Notes: generated from the letters alone by a model not told the origin. Counted from the stretch's first letter, positions 1 through 9,458 are shown. The stretch is 64,000 nucleotides of DNA from Candidatus Latescibacterota bacterium (GCA_965200315.1 OZ241362.1:3104001-3168000), one strand, 5' to 3'. Made by a program: numbers and translations.

Positions 1-78
1 GAAAGAACTGCCGTAGCAGACGAGGTCTTTCCAGCCCATATCGTCGATGAGGATGAAGACGATGTTGGGTCGCGTCAC
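1..78 (-). CDS. Sulfatase (arylsulfatase A-like), N-terminus only; runs off the window
   Basis: Reverse strand from GTG at 78 reads MTRPNIVFILIDDMGWKDLVCYGSSF, the classic sulfatase PNIVFILxDD start. GTGA overlap with the upstream stop. Not in the ORF track. Confidence 0.85.
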   Translation of the reverse strand, partial: MTRPNIVFILIDDMGWKDLVCYGSSF

Positions 79-557
79 GCGAGGGCCTCTTCGATGGCGG
101 CGACCACTGCCGGATCGTTAGGGGTAGTCCGGGGCGCGAAACGGGCCAGCGGTTGGCCGTCCTTGTCGATGAGGAATTTCTCAAAGTTCCAAGAGATGTC
201 GCCGGGAAAGGCCGCACGCTCGCCCGCGAGATAGGCGTAGAGCGGGTGACGGTTGGGGCCGTTGACCGCGATCTTGCTAAAGAGCGGGAAACTCACGTCG
301 TAGCGGGTCTGACAGAAGTCGAGGATCTGCTCTTCGCTGCCCGGCTCTTGCCCCCCGAATTGGTTGCAGGGAAAGCCGAGGACCACCAGGCCTTGGGCGG
401 CGTATTGGCGATGCAGTGCCTCTAGGTCGGCGTATTGCGGGGTCAGGCCGCACTCGCTGGCCACGTTGACGACGAGAAGCGCCTTCCCGGCGTAGTCGGC
501 GAGGTCGGCGTCTTGGCCGTGGATGGTTTGGGCTGTGAAGTCGTGGACGCTGCTCAT
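75..557 (-). CDS. btuE: Glutathione peroxidase (BtuE/Gpo family, Cys type)
   Basis: Motifs VNVASECGLTPQY, GFPCNQFGGQEPG and WNFEKFL. ATG at 557 follows a GGGAG RBS. Confidence 0.93.
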   Translation of the reverse strand: MSSVHDFTAQTIHGQDADLADYAGKALLVVNVASECGLTPQYADLEALHRQYAAQGLVVLGFPCNQFGGQEPGSEEQILDFCQTRYDVSFPLFSKIAVNGPNRHPLYAYLAGERAAFPGDISWNFEKFLIDKDGQPLARFAPRTTPNDPAVVAAIEEALA

Positions 558-707
558 GTTTTTCTCCCTGTAATTCAATGGTTCGGTTGAAGTTGGGTTA
601 GACTCTAATATTGCCACTTATATAGCTTCGTTCAATGCCTGCTGCATATCAGGCTTCTCTTGCCTATCTTTTTACGCCCCTCTAACACAACAGCAGAGAA
701 AGAGACT

Positions 708-1520
708 ATGACCGACCGACCGGCTATCGAGATTTACTCAATCGGCACCGAGCTTCTAAACGGACAGATCCAAGACACCAACTCTTTCTGGATGGCGCAA
801 CAGATCGCAGCGCTCGGCGGCTATGTGCGTCGGATCGCGATCCTCGACGACGATATGGACGAGTTGACCGGCGTACTCAAAGATGCCTGCCAGCGCGGAA
901 CCCGGGTGGTGATCACGACCGGAGGGCTTGGGCCGACGCCCGACGACATGACGGTCGCGGCCATCGCCCAGATCATGGGGGTAGGTACAGAAGTCGATGA
1001 AACCTTGGTCAAACACTATATGGAAAGCCGCGGTATCGAAAAGCGTGCCGACGTCAGCGAGGGACTGGTCAAGATGGCGACCAAACCGGAAGGCGCTTGG
1101 GTCCATCCCAACCCAGCGGGTGTGGCTCCCTGCGTGGAGTCGCAGGTCGGCGAGACCACCATTTACAGCTTGCCCGGTCCGCCGCGTGAGGTCGAGGCGC
1201 TGTTCCGCCAGTCGGTAGAGGATGCCCTAGCCGGGATATATGACGATGTGCGCCTCTCGTTGCGGGTTGCCGTCAACCTACCCGAATCGCAGTGCGGTCC
1301 GATCCTGCACAGTGTGATGAGCCAATGCCCCAATACCTACCTCAAAGCCTTCGTCGCGTTGAGCGAGCGCACGGCCGATGGTCAGCGGCTGCCGGTGGAT
1401 ATCGTCGCTTGGGGCAAAAAGGCCGAGGAGGCGCAGGCTCTGCTCGACAAGGCGTTGGCGGAGTTTAAGGTCCAAGCGTTCGAGAAAGGGAGCGAGGTAG
1501 AGCTCCGCGATGAGCAATAA
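708..1520 (+). CDS. CinA N-terminal-like / molybdopterin-binding domain protein (COG1058), without a PncC domain
   Basis: Motifs IGTELLNGQIQDTNS, TTGGLGPTPDDMT and LPGPPRE. Confidence 0.85.
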   Translation: MTDRPAIEIYSIGTELLNGQIQDTNSFWMAQQIAALGGYVRRIAILDDDMDELTGVLKDACQRGTRVVITTGGLGPTPDDMTVAAIAQIMGVGTEVDETLVKHYMESRGIEKRADVSEGLVKMATKPEGAWVHPNPAGVAPCVESQVGETTIYSLPGPPREVEALFRQSVEDALAGIYDDVRLSLRVAVNLPESQCGPILHSVMSQCPNTYLKAFVALSERTADGQRLPVDIVAWGKKAEEAQALLDKALAEFKVQAFEKGSEVELRDEQ

Positions 1521-1540
1521 GTCCGCTAAGCAGAGAAATT

Positions 1541-1577
1541 AGAAGCGCCCGATGCCGACGAGACATCGGGCGCTTCT
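1541..1577. terminator. Hairpin between convergent genes, probable bidirectional terminator
   Basis: AGAAGCGCCCGATG...CATCGGGCGCTTCT, a perfect 14-bp stem. Confidence 0.7.
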
Positions 1578-1612
1578 GTATTTGTGCGCTTGGGGCGTCT
1601 TAGGAGCGGCCC

Positions 1613-2443
1613 TCAGCTCGATGCCCGCCGCGCCGCGTCGAGCGCGTCGTAGCAAAATTGCGCCGTGCTCCAGGCGTCGTACCCACCTGCGTTCCATATC
1701 TGGCCGGTGACCTCTGGGCAGAGGTAGGTGTCCCAGCCGGCGTCTTGCAGGGCCTTGCAGTAGGCCTGCATGTCCAGCTTGCCGCTGCCAGGCAGGAGAT
1801 AGCGGACCCGCCTCTCTTCGTCGAGATAGCCGTCCTTGATGTGGTTGTGGACTGAATACTGGAGATTCAGGTCAATTGAGTGCTGCAAGTCGATGCCCTC
1901 GACCCAGAAGTGGCTGTAGTCGAAATTGAGGCCGAGATGCGGATGATTGGTTTGCTGCATGAGCCAAGCGGCCTTTTCCGGTGTTTCAAAGTCGTCGCCC
2001 GCATGTGGCTCTATGGCGACGATGACGTCGTATTCGGCGGCCATATCGGCCACTTCGAGTACTAGCTCGACGATGCGCTCTTTGCCGGTCTCCCAGGCGG
2101 GTTTGGGATGGCCGAGGGTGGTGCTGACGATCATTGGGCGGTCGTCGAGCCGGAGCGTGCGGCTCAGTTCAAAGGTCGCCCTGAACTGAGCCAGTGCGGC
2201 GGCGCGTCCCTCGCCTTCGACGCAGGGCGAAAGCAGGGCCATTAGCGCCGGCGTGGGGAAGCCGAGCTGGCGGAAGAGGTCGGCGAGCCTTTTGCGTGCG
2301 GCCGCGTCCATGTTGGCCGGCTCGGTCGGCCAGCCGGGGGTAACGGCGATTTCCATGCCCTCGTAGCCCATGTCGGCGAGGCGCGGCAGGGCTTCAAAGA
2401 CGTCGAGTTGCTTCATGCCATAGGTGCTGTAGTAGAGTTTCAT
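1613..2443 (-). CDS. Sugar phosphate isomerase/epimerase (xylose isomerase-like TIM barrel, AP_endonuc_2)
   Basis: Motifs IEPH, LNFDYSH, HIKDG and PGSG. The real start is ATG at 2443 (MKLYYST) after AGGAGG; the track's 619-aa ORF is over-extended. Confidence 0.88.
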   Translation of the reverse strand: MKLYYSTYGMKQLDVFEALPRLADMGYEGMEIAVTPGWPTEPANMDAAARKRLADLFRQLGFPTPALMALLSPCVEGEGRAAALAQFRATFELSRTLRLDDRPMIVSTTLGHPKPAWETGKERIVELVLEVADMAAEYDVIVAIEPHAGDDFETPEKAAWLMQQTNHPHLGLNFDYSHFWVEGIDLQHSIDLNLQYSVHNHIKDGYLDEERRVRYLLPGSGKLDMQAYCKALQDAGWDTYLCPEVTGQIWNAGGYDAWSTAQFCYDALDAARRASS

Positions 2444-2583
2444 GCGGGGACGGCCTCCTGTTGTACGCCCATGCGCTCGCGCTCGGCGATGAACAAGTTG
2501 AGCCAGTGTTTTATGTAGGGCCCGTGGTCGTGCCAAGTGCCGACGATGATGAGGACTTTGGCGGGCGGCAAATGAGCGTTCAT
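2440..2583 (-). CDS. Putative 47-aa small protein
   Basis: MNAHLPPAKVLIIVGTWHDHGPYIKHWLNLFIAERERMGVQQEAVPA. ATGA overlaps with the neighbouring genes at both ends. Confidence 0.5.
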   Translation of the reverse strand: MNAHLPPAKVLIIVGTWHDHGPYIKHWLNLFIAERERMGVQQEAVPA

Positions 2584-2912
2584 GCTGCGCCGAACCATTC
2601 GTCGGCCTTCTGTTTGGCTTGCTCGACGATTTCCGGGGTGATATGCGCGGCGACCGTTGCGAATGCCGCGTACAATGCTCCGATATCGTCGGTATAGCCG
2701 GCAACTGGTATATAATCGGGTATGGCATCCAGGGGGAGGATGAAATAGGCCAATGCCCCATAGATATGAAGTTTCGCCTGTGAGGGCGTCTCAGGGGCTT
2801 GCGCCGCGTAGAATAGCTGAAGAGCTTTCTCGACGACCTCGCGCCCGGCGGCTTTTGCATACTTGGCGAGCTTGTCCCAAAAGCCTGCTTCCGAATAGGA
2901 TCGATAATCCAC
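2580..2912 (-). CDS. YkvA / DUF1232 family membrane protein
   Basis: Motifs FWDKL and GALAYFILPLDAIPDYIPVAGYTDD. Confidence 0.9.
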   Translation of the reverse strand: MDYRSYSEAGFWDKLAKYAKAAGREVVEKALQLFYAAQAPETPSQAKLHIYGALAYFILPLDAIPDYIPVAGYTDDIGALYAAFATVAAHITPEIVEQAKQKADEWFGAA

Positions 2913-3034
2913 GAGTTGGTCCTCCTTATCTTTGGAGTGATATAAAGGGATACATTTTTCGCGCCGGAGAGATTAACGCGCCATATTGGGTTCGTCAAGC
3001 TGTAAGCACATCGCAACGACGCAAGGAGGTTATC

Positions 3035-3904
3035 GTGGAATATCGCCGCTTTGGACAGACGGACATGGAGCTGAGCACCGTGGGCTTGGGCGGGCTGTTG
3101 GCCCGCTACGAGGGCGTCAACGGCCATCCGCCGCCCGAGGAGAAACGCCGGATTTACCTGCGGGCCGCCGAGCTGGGCGTCAATCTCTTCGACATGGGTT
3201 ACGGCGACGAGGTCCACATCCCCGCCGAGCTGAAAGGCCCTCGGGACGACCGCTTCTTCTCGCTCAAGGTCGGGGCACCCGCAGCCGCTGAGGTGGAGGA
3301 AACTATCGACAAGCACCTCGCCAATGTGCGCCGCGAAGCCATCGATATTTTGCGGGTACACCACTATGCCTATTTGCAAAACGAGGGTTTGGCCGAGCGC
3401 ATCGCCGAGTGCAAAGCCAAAGGCAAAGTGCGCGCCTTGTGCTTGATTCGGCACATGCTGGCCGATCAACAAGCCTATGCCGCGCGCGGCCCCGAACCCG
3501 AGGCGGACGCCGATTTGGTCATCTACAACTACGTCTGCCGCTGGCAGGCCCCGGGCATTGCGGCGTCGGCGCAGGCCGGGAAGGGCGTACTGATTATGAA
3601 GGCCTTGGGCGGCCAGTGGCTTAGCTGGGCCGACAAAACGCAGACCGACTGGTCGGCCGTGGACGAGTCAAAGGTCGAGGAGCTGTCGCCGAGGGGCGAA
3701 GGCATTCGCAGAGAGCTGCCGCTGGTCTATCCGATTGTTTCAGGCCCTTGGCACGAGTTGGCCGAGCCGGGCGAGTTGGTGCCGCGCACCGAACGGGCGA
3801 TACAGTGGGTGCTGGCGACCGAGGGGGTGCATTGCACCTTAGTGGCCTTTGCCAGCGTCGAGGAATTGGAGGAAGGGTTGGGGGTGATGGAGATAAGCGC
3901 CTGA
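3035..3904 (+). CDS. Aldo/keto reductase family protein (divergent)
   Basis: GTG after AAGGAGG. Motifs EYRRFGQTDMELSTVGLGG, GVNLFD, IDILRVH and IMKALGG. Confidence 0.8.
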   Translation: MEYRRFGQTDMELSTVGLGGLLARYEGVNGHPPPEEKRRIYLRAAELGVNLFDMGYGDEVHIPAELKGPRDDRFFSLKVGAPAAAEVEETIDKHLANVRREAIDILRVHHYAYLQNEGLAERIAECKAKGKVRALCLIRHMLADQQAYAARGPEPEADADLVIYNYVCRWQAPGIAASAQAGKGVLIMKALGGQWLSWADKTQTDWSAVDESKVEELSPRGEGIRRELPLVYPIVSGPWHELAEPGELVPRTERAIQWVLATEGVHCTLVAFASVEELEEGLGVMEISA

Positions 3905-3934
3905 GATACCGATTCCGCATCTCAAATCGTGCAA

Positions 3935-4025
3935 GTCATGTAGGATGGCTATATGAGCTTGTCCTTGCGGTTGCGCTCAAGGCAAGCTTTGAGCGAAGCC
4001 GAAGGAATGCTCCGCTCCACATGAC
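3935..4025. repeat. Palindromic REP-like element
   Basis: Inner stem CCTTGCGGTTGCGCTCAAG / CTTTGAGCGAAGCCGAAGG; outer GTCATGTAGGA / TCCACATGAC. Confidence 0.55.
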
Positions 4026-4057
4026 CAGATTGGTCGTGGCGGGCGTAGGACTAGCTT

Positions 4058-5172
4058 TCAGTAGGCCACGGAAACGATTCGGCTGACTTGGTCGGTGCGC
4101 GCGTCGCCGCTGACCTCGACGCGCAGGACGTAGTTTCCCGGGGCTACTAGACCGCCAGTGTGGTCACGTCCGTCCCATTCCAAGGCCACTCGTCCGGCCA
4201 CTTGCTCCTCTTCGCTCAAAGGATGCACCCGCCGCCCGGTCAGGTCGAAAATGGCCACTCGCACGGTGCGCGGGTCTAGCACTTTGAGCAGATTGAATTC
4301 GAGTGCGAGTCGGTCGCCAACGCCGTCGCCGTTGGGAGTTAGCAACTGGGTTGAGATGATCAGGTTATCGAGCAGACCGGGGTCCGCGGGCAGAGCTACG
4401 GACACCGTCTCGCTCGCTACGGCCTCGCTGGCATCCCCCGCGTCAACCTGCTGCACCTGACCCTCCAGACTGCTGTTGAAGAGCAAAGCGTCAAAACGAG
4501 TCTGGTTGAGGTAGAGCGTACTCTCGAAGCCAATCTCCAAAAGCCCCGAGTGCCGCACGGCGTGGTCGAGGACGAGCAAGGTCCCGTCGTCCCGCTCCTC
4601 GACTTGGACAGCGGTTTCTTCCCCGTTGATGCGCAAGGTACTAAAGCGCACTGCCGCTGACGAACTCAGCAGGATTTGGTCGAATCCCCGGTTGGCCGAA
4701 GTTGCGGTTGCGCGGAGGAAATAGGTGAAATTTTGCGGTGCGCCCGGCTCGACCTCGGCCGGGTAGATTTCCGCCTGCGTCTGTTGCATCAGCGGCGGGT
4801 GGTGCGCGCCGAGACCACCCGGCCTAGATCGACCTCTATCCACCAGTCTTCCAGCGGAGCTTCTGCGGCAGGCGTCCAAGCTGTCTCTATGTCTCCGTCT
4901 ATCAGCAGGGCAGCGCGATTCAAAGCGGTGCCCGCGGCGCGGATGCCGCCGCCAAAAGTCGCGGCGTTTTGCACCGCGTCGATATTCTGGCGCACGAACG
5001 CGGGTTTGAGCGCACCATCGGCGACATCGACCGCGTCGCCGGGCAGCGTCCACTCGCTCCAGCCGCCCGGGCCGCCGAGGCGCAGTTCCTCGGCTCTGGG
5101 GGCTTGGACAGCGAGCAGGAGCGTGCCCAGTGATAGGTACGTGCGGATTTTTGTCGCTAAACGATCGCACAT
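4058..5172 (-). pseudogene. Internally deleted, frameshifted FlgD-Ig-tail secreted protein (paralog of 16066..18408)
   Basis: The N-terminal frame (4789..5172: signal peptide, DGDIETAW, WWIEVDLG) joins out of frame near 4805 to a C-terminal frame (EIYP, FTYFLR, QQVDAGDA, TPNGDG, WDGRD, SVAY). About 400 aa of the paralog are missing. Confidence 0.8.
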
Positions 5173-5177
5173 CTCAG

Positions 5178-5217
5178 GAGATTCTTCGACTCCGCTGCGC
5201 TACGCTCAGAATGACAG
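5178..5217. repeat. REP-like palindromic element (GTCATTCTGAGCG...GAAGAATCTC type)
   Basis: Reverse strand reads CTGTCATTCTGAGCGTAGCGCAGCGGAGTCGAAGAATCTC. Confidence 0.65.
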
Positions 5218-5276
5218 AGCAATATCACAGAGCATAGCTTCACCGTTTATTTATTTTTAACGGCTATAGCGGCAGG

Positions 5277-6254
5277 CTAATTCGCGTACACGGCCTCGCG
5301 CAACCCCTTGATATAGCCGATGGCGAACAAGCGCCCGATTGACGAATAGCCCGGCTGGTCGTTTCGGTCGCCCTCCATCGTTGGCACGTGGTCGGGGCGC
5401 AGGACGCCTTCAAAGCCAATGTCGCGGTAGGCTTCCATGCAGGCGCGCATGTCGGTCTTGCCCTCGTCGTGGAAGGTCTCGACGAATTTTTCGGGTGTGC
5501 CGCGCACGTCGCGGAAGTGGACGAAGTAGATGCGGTCGCCAAAGTGGCGGATGACGCCGGGCAAGTCGTCGGTCATCAGGGTAAAGTTGCCTTGGCATAG
5601 GCAGATGCCGTTGGCCGGGCTGGGCACTAGGTCGATGAGCTTCTGGTAGTTTTCAACGCTGCGCATGATCCGCCCCATGCCTCGGAGGGGCGACAGCGGC
5701 GGGTCGTCGGGGTGCATGGCGAGTTTGACGCCGGCTTCCTCGGCGACCGGCACGACCTTTTCAAGGAAGTACTTCAGGTTGTCCCAAAGCTGCTCTTCGG
5801 CGACGACGCCGGCGTCGGTCAGAGGCGCGTTTTCCATCAGCTCGTTGTCAAAGCCGGTGACCATGGCGCCGCCGCGTCCGGGTGCCGCCATTGAGGTGCG
5901 GGTCCAGTTGAGCACGGGCATCCACTCGGGGCACCAGACCGGAATGCCGACCTTGCCCATGTTGCGAATCAGCTCGCAGGCGTATTCGATCTCTTCGTCG
6001 CGGTCGGAGAGGCCGAGCTTGGCCTTGTTGAGCGGCGGGCGGGCCTCGATTACGTCGAGGGAGAAGCCGCCGTCGTTAAACGCGGTCTTCATCCGCACGA
6101 GGTTGGTGAAGCTCCAGGGCCGTTGCTCGGGGTGGATGTCGGCGGGATCGCCGGGTGTGGAGAAGCCGCCGACTACGTGGTCAACGCCGCATTGCTTGAC
6201 CATACGCCACAGCGGCGTGGGATGATCGGGCAGGACTTCGGCAATTTTGATCAT
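5277..6254 (-). CDS. uxuA: Mannonate dehydratase (UxuA family)
   Basis: Motifs WMPVLNWTRT, LAMHPDDPP, CQGNF, VHFRDV, RPDHVP and GRLFAIGYIKGL. ATG at 6254 after AAGGAG. Confidence 0.9.
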   Translation of the reverse strand: MIKIAEVLPDHPTPLWRMVKQCGVDHVVGGFSTPGDPADIHPEQRPWSFTNLVRMKTAFNDGGFSLDVIEARPPLNKAKLGLSDRDEEIEYACELIRNMGKVGIPVWCPEWMPVLNWTRTSMAAPGRGGAMVTGFDNELMENAPLTDAGVVAEEQLWDNLKYFLEKVVPVAEEAGVKLAMHPDDPPLSPLRGMGRIMRSVENYQKLIDLVPSPANGICLCQGNFTLMTDDLPGVIRHFGDRIYFVHFRDVRGTPEKFVETFHDEGKTDMRACMEAYRDIGFEGVLRPDHVPTMEGDRNDQPGYSSIGRLFAIGYIKGLREAVYAN

Positions 6255-6379
6255 GGAAAATCTCCTTTGGATACGCCGTCTTGCGTCGCCCATGCGGGCG
6301 ACGGGAAGCGAGGCGGTAGAGGAAAAGGGAGCGGTCTGAGTGATGGGCGCGAAAGATTCCTGATTGAAGGCCATAAAGG

Positions 6380-6458
6380 GGTAGTGTATCAGTTTGAAAA
6401 TTTCAGCCCTTTGATTAAAAGAAAAAACATCCAAGAAAATTCAAACTGATACACTACC
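6380..6458. mobile_element. MITE-like 79-bp element with perfect 19-bp terminal inverted repeats
   Basis: GGTAGTGTATCAGTTTGAA ... TTCAAACTGATACACTACC around an AT-rich core. Confidence 0.65.
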
Positions 6459-6599
6459 TTACTTTCTTCTGTAGAGTCGTAGTAATATAGCACATGAGAT
6501 GATGCTCTCACTTCAAATGGAAACCAGTCGCTGGGGCAGTGGAGCTCCCCTCTCGGTAGTGAGTCATTTCAGCGATTCTTCGTAACGAGGCAGTTTCAG

Positions 6600-6968
6600 T
6601 CAGTACTCAAGTCCGGCAATATTGCGAAAACGGTGTCGTCCCGTTTCGACAACGACAAATGCTTCTTTCAGTTCTGATTGGGAGTACGTTTCTAAAACAC
6701 GTTTCAGCTCCTTGTGAACCGCAGATAGATTTGTGGTATTAAGCCGCAGATAGATGACCCCTGAGCCTGCATGGTAAACAAACACAAGACGACCAAAATC
6801 TCTATCTCGGGTTACAAGAAGCCTGCCATCGTCACGCGCAACGCGCAACAACTTACTATCGTCGGTTTGTCCATGTCCCGATGTACCAGCGGTGACGACA
6901 TCATGCCCAAGGTCTTCGAGGAATCGAGCTGTAATCGCATAGACGTCGTGATCGAGAAATAACCTCAT
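6600..6968 (-). CDS. DUF5615 PIN-like toxin (VapC45-like)
   Basis: Motifs MRLFLDHDV, GHDV, DDSKLL, LVTRDRDFG and GVIYLR. Confidence 0.9.
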   Translation of the reverse strand: MRLFLDHDVYAITARFLEDLGHDVVTAGTSGHGQTDDSKLLRVARDDGRLLVTRDRDFGRLVFVYHAGSGVIYLRLNTTNLSAVHKELKRVLETYSQSELKEAFVVVETGRHRFRNIAGLEY

Positions 6969-6973
6969 CGTAC

Positions 6974-7210
6974 CTATGCAATATGAATATCTTCGACCTG
7001 CACCACGTCAATCGCATAATGGATACAGGCACGTATGTCGTCTTCTTGCAGGTCGGGGAAATAATCAGAGAGAATGGTCTTAAACGAGAGCTCCTCACGC
7101 ACTAATTCGAGAACGTCAACTACGGGAATCCGAGTTCCTGCAACACAGGGCTTGCCAAAGTGAATTTGCGGATCAACAGCAATCCTGCTTCGATAATTTC
7201 CATTGTCCAT
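6974..7210 (-). CDS. DUF433 antitoxin
   Basis: Motifs DPQIHFGKPCVAGTRIPV and DIRACIHYA. Confidence 0.92.
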   Translation of the reverse strand: MDNGNYRSRIAVDPQIHFGKPCVAGTRIPVVDVLELVREELSFKTILSDYFPDLQEDDIRACIHYAIDVVQVEDIHIA

Positions 7211-7371
7211 ATCACTTAGACTCCAACGTAACTTTGTCCCGTGTTTGCGGACGGGGCTCCGCCTGCTTTTCAGACTATCTTGATTCTTTCAGGCAAGATA
7301 TCCTAAAGCTAAAACAGCGTCAACGAACTCTCAGAAGCGTTTTTGCTCTGTTGAAAGCCCCCGTTAATTTT

Positions 7372-7812
7372 TCGTATGGTTCCCTTGGCATTGACGTAGA
7401 TAGGCACATAACGGAATAAGCGTCGAGGGGATTAACTCGACAAAACATCCATAGCGAACGAACCGAGGAAAAGCCCCGCTAAGGTGCCTACAGACATGAT
7501 GCTAGTAGAAGGCTTTGAACGTGCGATACTGGGACTGGTGCTCCCCAACCAAATCAACAGCGTCATGATCTCACTCAAACACAGTTGACCACGACGACGA
7601 TGCCGACCCCGGTCGTTATTTGATGGAGTATCTAGGGGCCTTCAAAGGCTTGGCAAAAGTCATCGACGTGGCAAAACAATGCGGCCCCAATGCTGGTGGG
7701 GCCGGACAGCACGACTAAATTCATCGCGGGGGCTTCTTGATGACTGAACGGTAGGGATGGCGTACCTAAGTTTAGCCAAAAAGGAGTCCCTCACCTTATC
7801 CCGAACTCACGT
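7372..7812 (-). mobile_element. IS982-family insertion sequence relic (left end plus truncated, disrupted transposase)
   Basis: Reverse-strand fragments read LFCHVDDFCQAFEGP*, RRRGQLCLSEIMTLLI and HQSQYRTFKAFY*HHVCRHLSGAFPRFVRYGCFVELIPSTLIPLCAYL. An IS982-like end, ACGTGAGTTCGGGATAAG, lies at 7812..7795. Confidence 0.85.
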
Positions 7813-7842
7813 CACTGTTAGGCGAAGTGGGGTCAACATAGC

Positions 7843-8340
7843 TCAGCGAATAAACGGGTACACTAGGCCGGTCAGGGCGTCCGCGATGCGGATACGGTGC
7901 GAGAGCAAGGTCTGGGCGGGCAGGGCATCGGGAGCAACATAGCCGATGTTTGTGCTCTCCGAGGAAAGCTGCAATGCGCCGGCAATGGGTTCGCAGATAA
8001 AGACGTGGGTGACGTAGTGGACGATGGTGCCGTCGGGATAGCGCATAAACGGGTAGCTCTCCGGCTCGGAGTAAATCCCAATCAGCCGCTCGACGTGTAC
8101 CTCCAAGCCCGTTTCCTCATAGACTTCGCGCACCACGGTCTGCTCGACGGATTCGCCGAGTTCGACATTGCCGCCGGGCAGGCCCCAAAAGCCGTTGTCC
8201 GCGCGCTGTTGCAGCAGGATTTTGCCGGTCTTGTCGCGGATAAAGCCATTGGCGGCCACGCCGAGCCGGTCTGGCATTTTCGCGAGCGGCGCGCCCGTGC
8301 TGTCGCACCATTGGGTATAGTCGAACTTCTCTGCATTCAT
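7843..8340 (-). CDS. NUDIX hydrolase
   Basis: Nudix box GGNVELGESVEQTVVREVYEETGL. Confidence 0.92.
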   Translation of the reverse strand: MNAEKFDYTQWCDSTGAPLAKMPDRLGVAANGFIRDKTGKILLQQRADNGFWGLPGGNVELGESVEQTVVREVYEETGLEVHVERLIGIYSEPESYPFMRYPDGTIVHYVTHVFICEPIAGALQLSSESTNIGYVAPDALPAQTLLSHRIRIADALTGLVYPFIR

Positions 8341-8342
8341 GG

Positions 8343-9290
8343 CTATTGCGAAAGCGGCCCATAGGCGCTGATAGCCGAGTCGTGGAAGAGCGCCCGGCGC
8401 TCGTCGTTTGAAAAGCCGGTGCTCCACTCGAGGAACTTGGCGTAGAGGTAGCCGATGCTAATGCCCCGCAGCTTATCGACTGGATAGTTGCTGGCAAACA
8501 TGCAGCGGTTACAGCCAAAGCGTTCGATCAGCTCTTGGACAACTGCGGCGATTTTGGCCTCTTTGGCCGCGTCCTCGTGGAAGGCGTCCCGTGCAAACCA
8601 CGCCATCGATAGCTTCATATAGACGTTGGGCAATGCGGCTAACGCGGCCATGCCTTCGCGCCACAGCTCTTCGTGCGCCTGATCCTCGCCGTCGTGGAGG
8701 AAGCCGAGGTGGTTGGTGACGACGCAGAGGTTGGGGAAGTCGCGGAAAACCGCGACCGCGGCGGCCACTTGGTGGGGATTACAGGAAAGGTCGAAGGCGA
8801 GGTTGTGGCGTTCTAAGAGCGCTAAGCCCTCGCGAAAGCTACTACTCTGCAACACGCCGTCTTCTACTTGCGGCCAAGTCAAGTCGGGATTGTCGGGATG
8901 GTGGTTGAGGATCATGCGCACGCCGCACAGACGGCCCTTAGCGGCCGCTAGATGTTGTTCAATGGTGCGCTCGGCCGCGGCATTGTCGCGTCCCAGATGC
9001 ACGTACGCGACAATGCCAAAGGGCTGTTCTGCCGCGCTCGGTTCGAGTTGGCCGCGCACCCAGCGGGTTTCTTCTAAGGTATCGACGGGGATGCCGTTAG
9101 GCACTTGGCCGACGACGGTTTCGACGTGGACGCCGCTGACCCGCCGTAACTCAGGGGGTAGTTCGCTCATGTCTTGGGCGTAGTCGTCGGCTCGGTACGC
9201 TGGCATGACGTCACCGAGGTTGGGATTGGGCCGCTCGGCTAGGTCCCAGAGGTGAAAGTGAGGGTCGCACAGGGGAATGGGAGTCTGCAT
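8343..9290 (-). CDS. Amidohydrolase_2 family (L-fucono/rhamnono-lactonase-like)
   Basis: Motifs DPHFHLWD, GVR, NHLG, YMKLS and MFASNYPVD. Confidence 0.85.
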   Translation of the reverse strand: MQTPIPLCDPHFHLWDLAERPNPNLGDVMPAYRADDYAQDMSELPPELRRVSGVHVETVVGQVPNGIPVDTLEETRWVRGQLEPSAAEQPFGIVAYVHLGRDNAAAERTIEQHLAAAKGRLCGVRMILNHHPDNPDLTWPQVEDGVLQSSSFREGLALLERHNLAFDLSCNPHQVAAAVAVFRDFPNLCVVTNHLGFLHDGEDQAHEELWREGMAALAALPNVYMKLSMAWFARDAFHEDAAKEAKIAAVVQELIERFGCNRCMFASNYPVDKLRGISIGYLYAKFLEWSTGFSNDERRALFHDSAISAYGPLSQ

Positions 9291-9370
9291 GGGAAAAGCC
9301 TTTCGGTGATAAGTGGTTAGTTGACGTTCCTTCTGCCAATCCATATAGGGCCGTGCTAATCTGTAGTCAG

Positions 9371-9458
9371 GCCAGCCCTGTCATTTCCACGCAATGAGGT
9401 CGTTACAGAGGCCGGATGTCATTCCCGCGCAAGCGGGAATCGAAGGGGTAGGGCTGGC
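9371..9458. repeat. Composite palindromic repeat (GTCATTCCCGCG-N-CGGGAATC, dRS3/RPE-like)
   Basis: GTCATTCCCGCGCAAGCGGGAATC at 9418-9441, a degenerate half copy at 9380, enclosed by GCCAGCCCT / AGGGCTGGC. Confidence 0.65.

Noticed and set aside
75-557. Selenocysteine glutathione peroxidase
   Set aside because: The active-site codon is TGC (Cys); there is no in-frame TGA.
1613-3472. 619-aa ORF as a single fusion protein
   Set aside because: Only 1613..2443 has family motifs and an RBS; the extension overlaps the YkvA gene and the antisense of the aldo/keto reductase.
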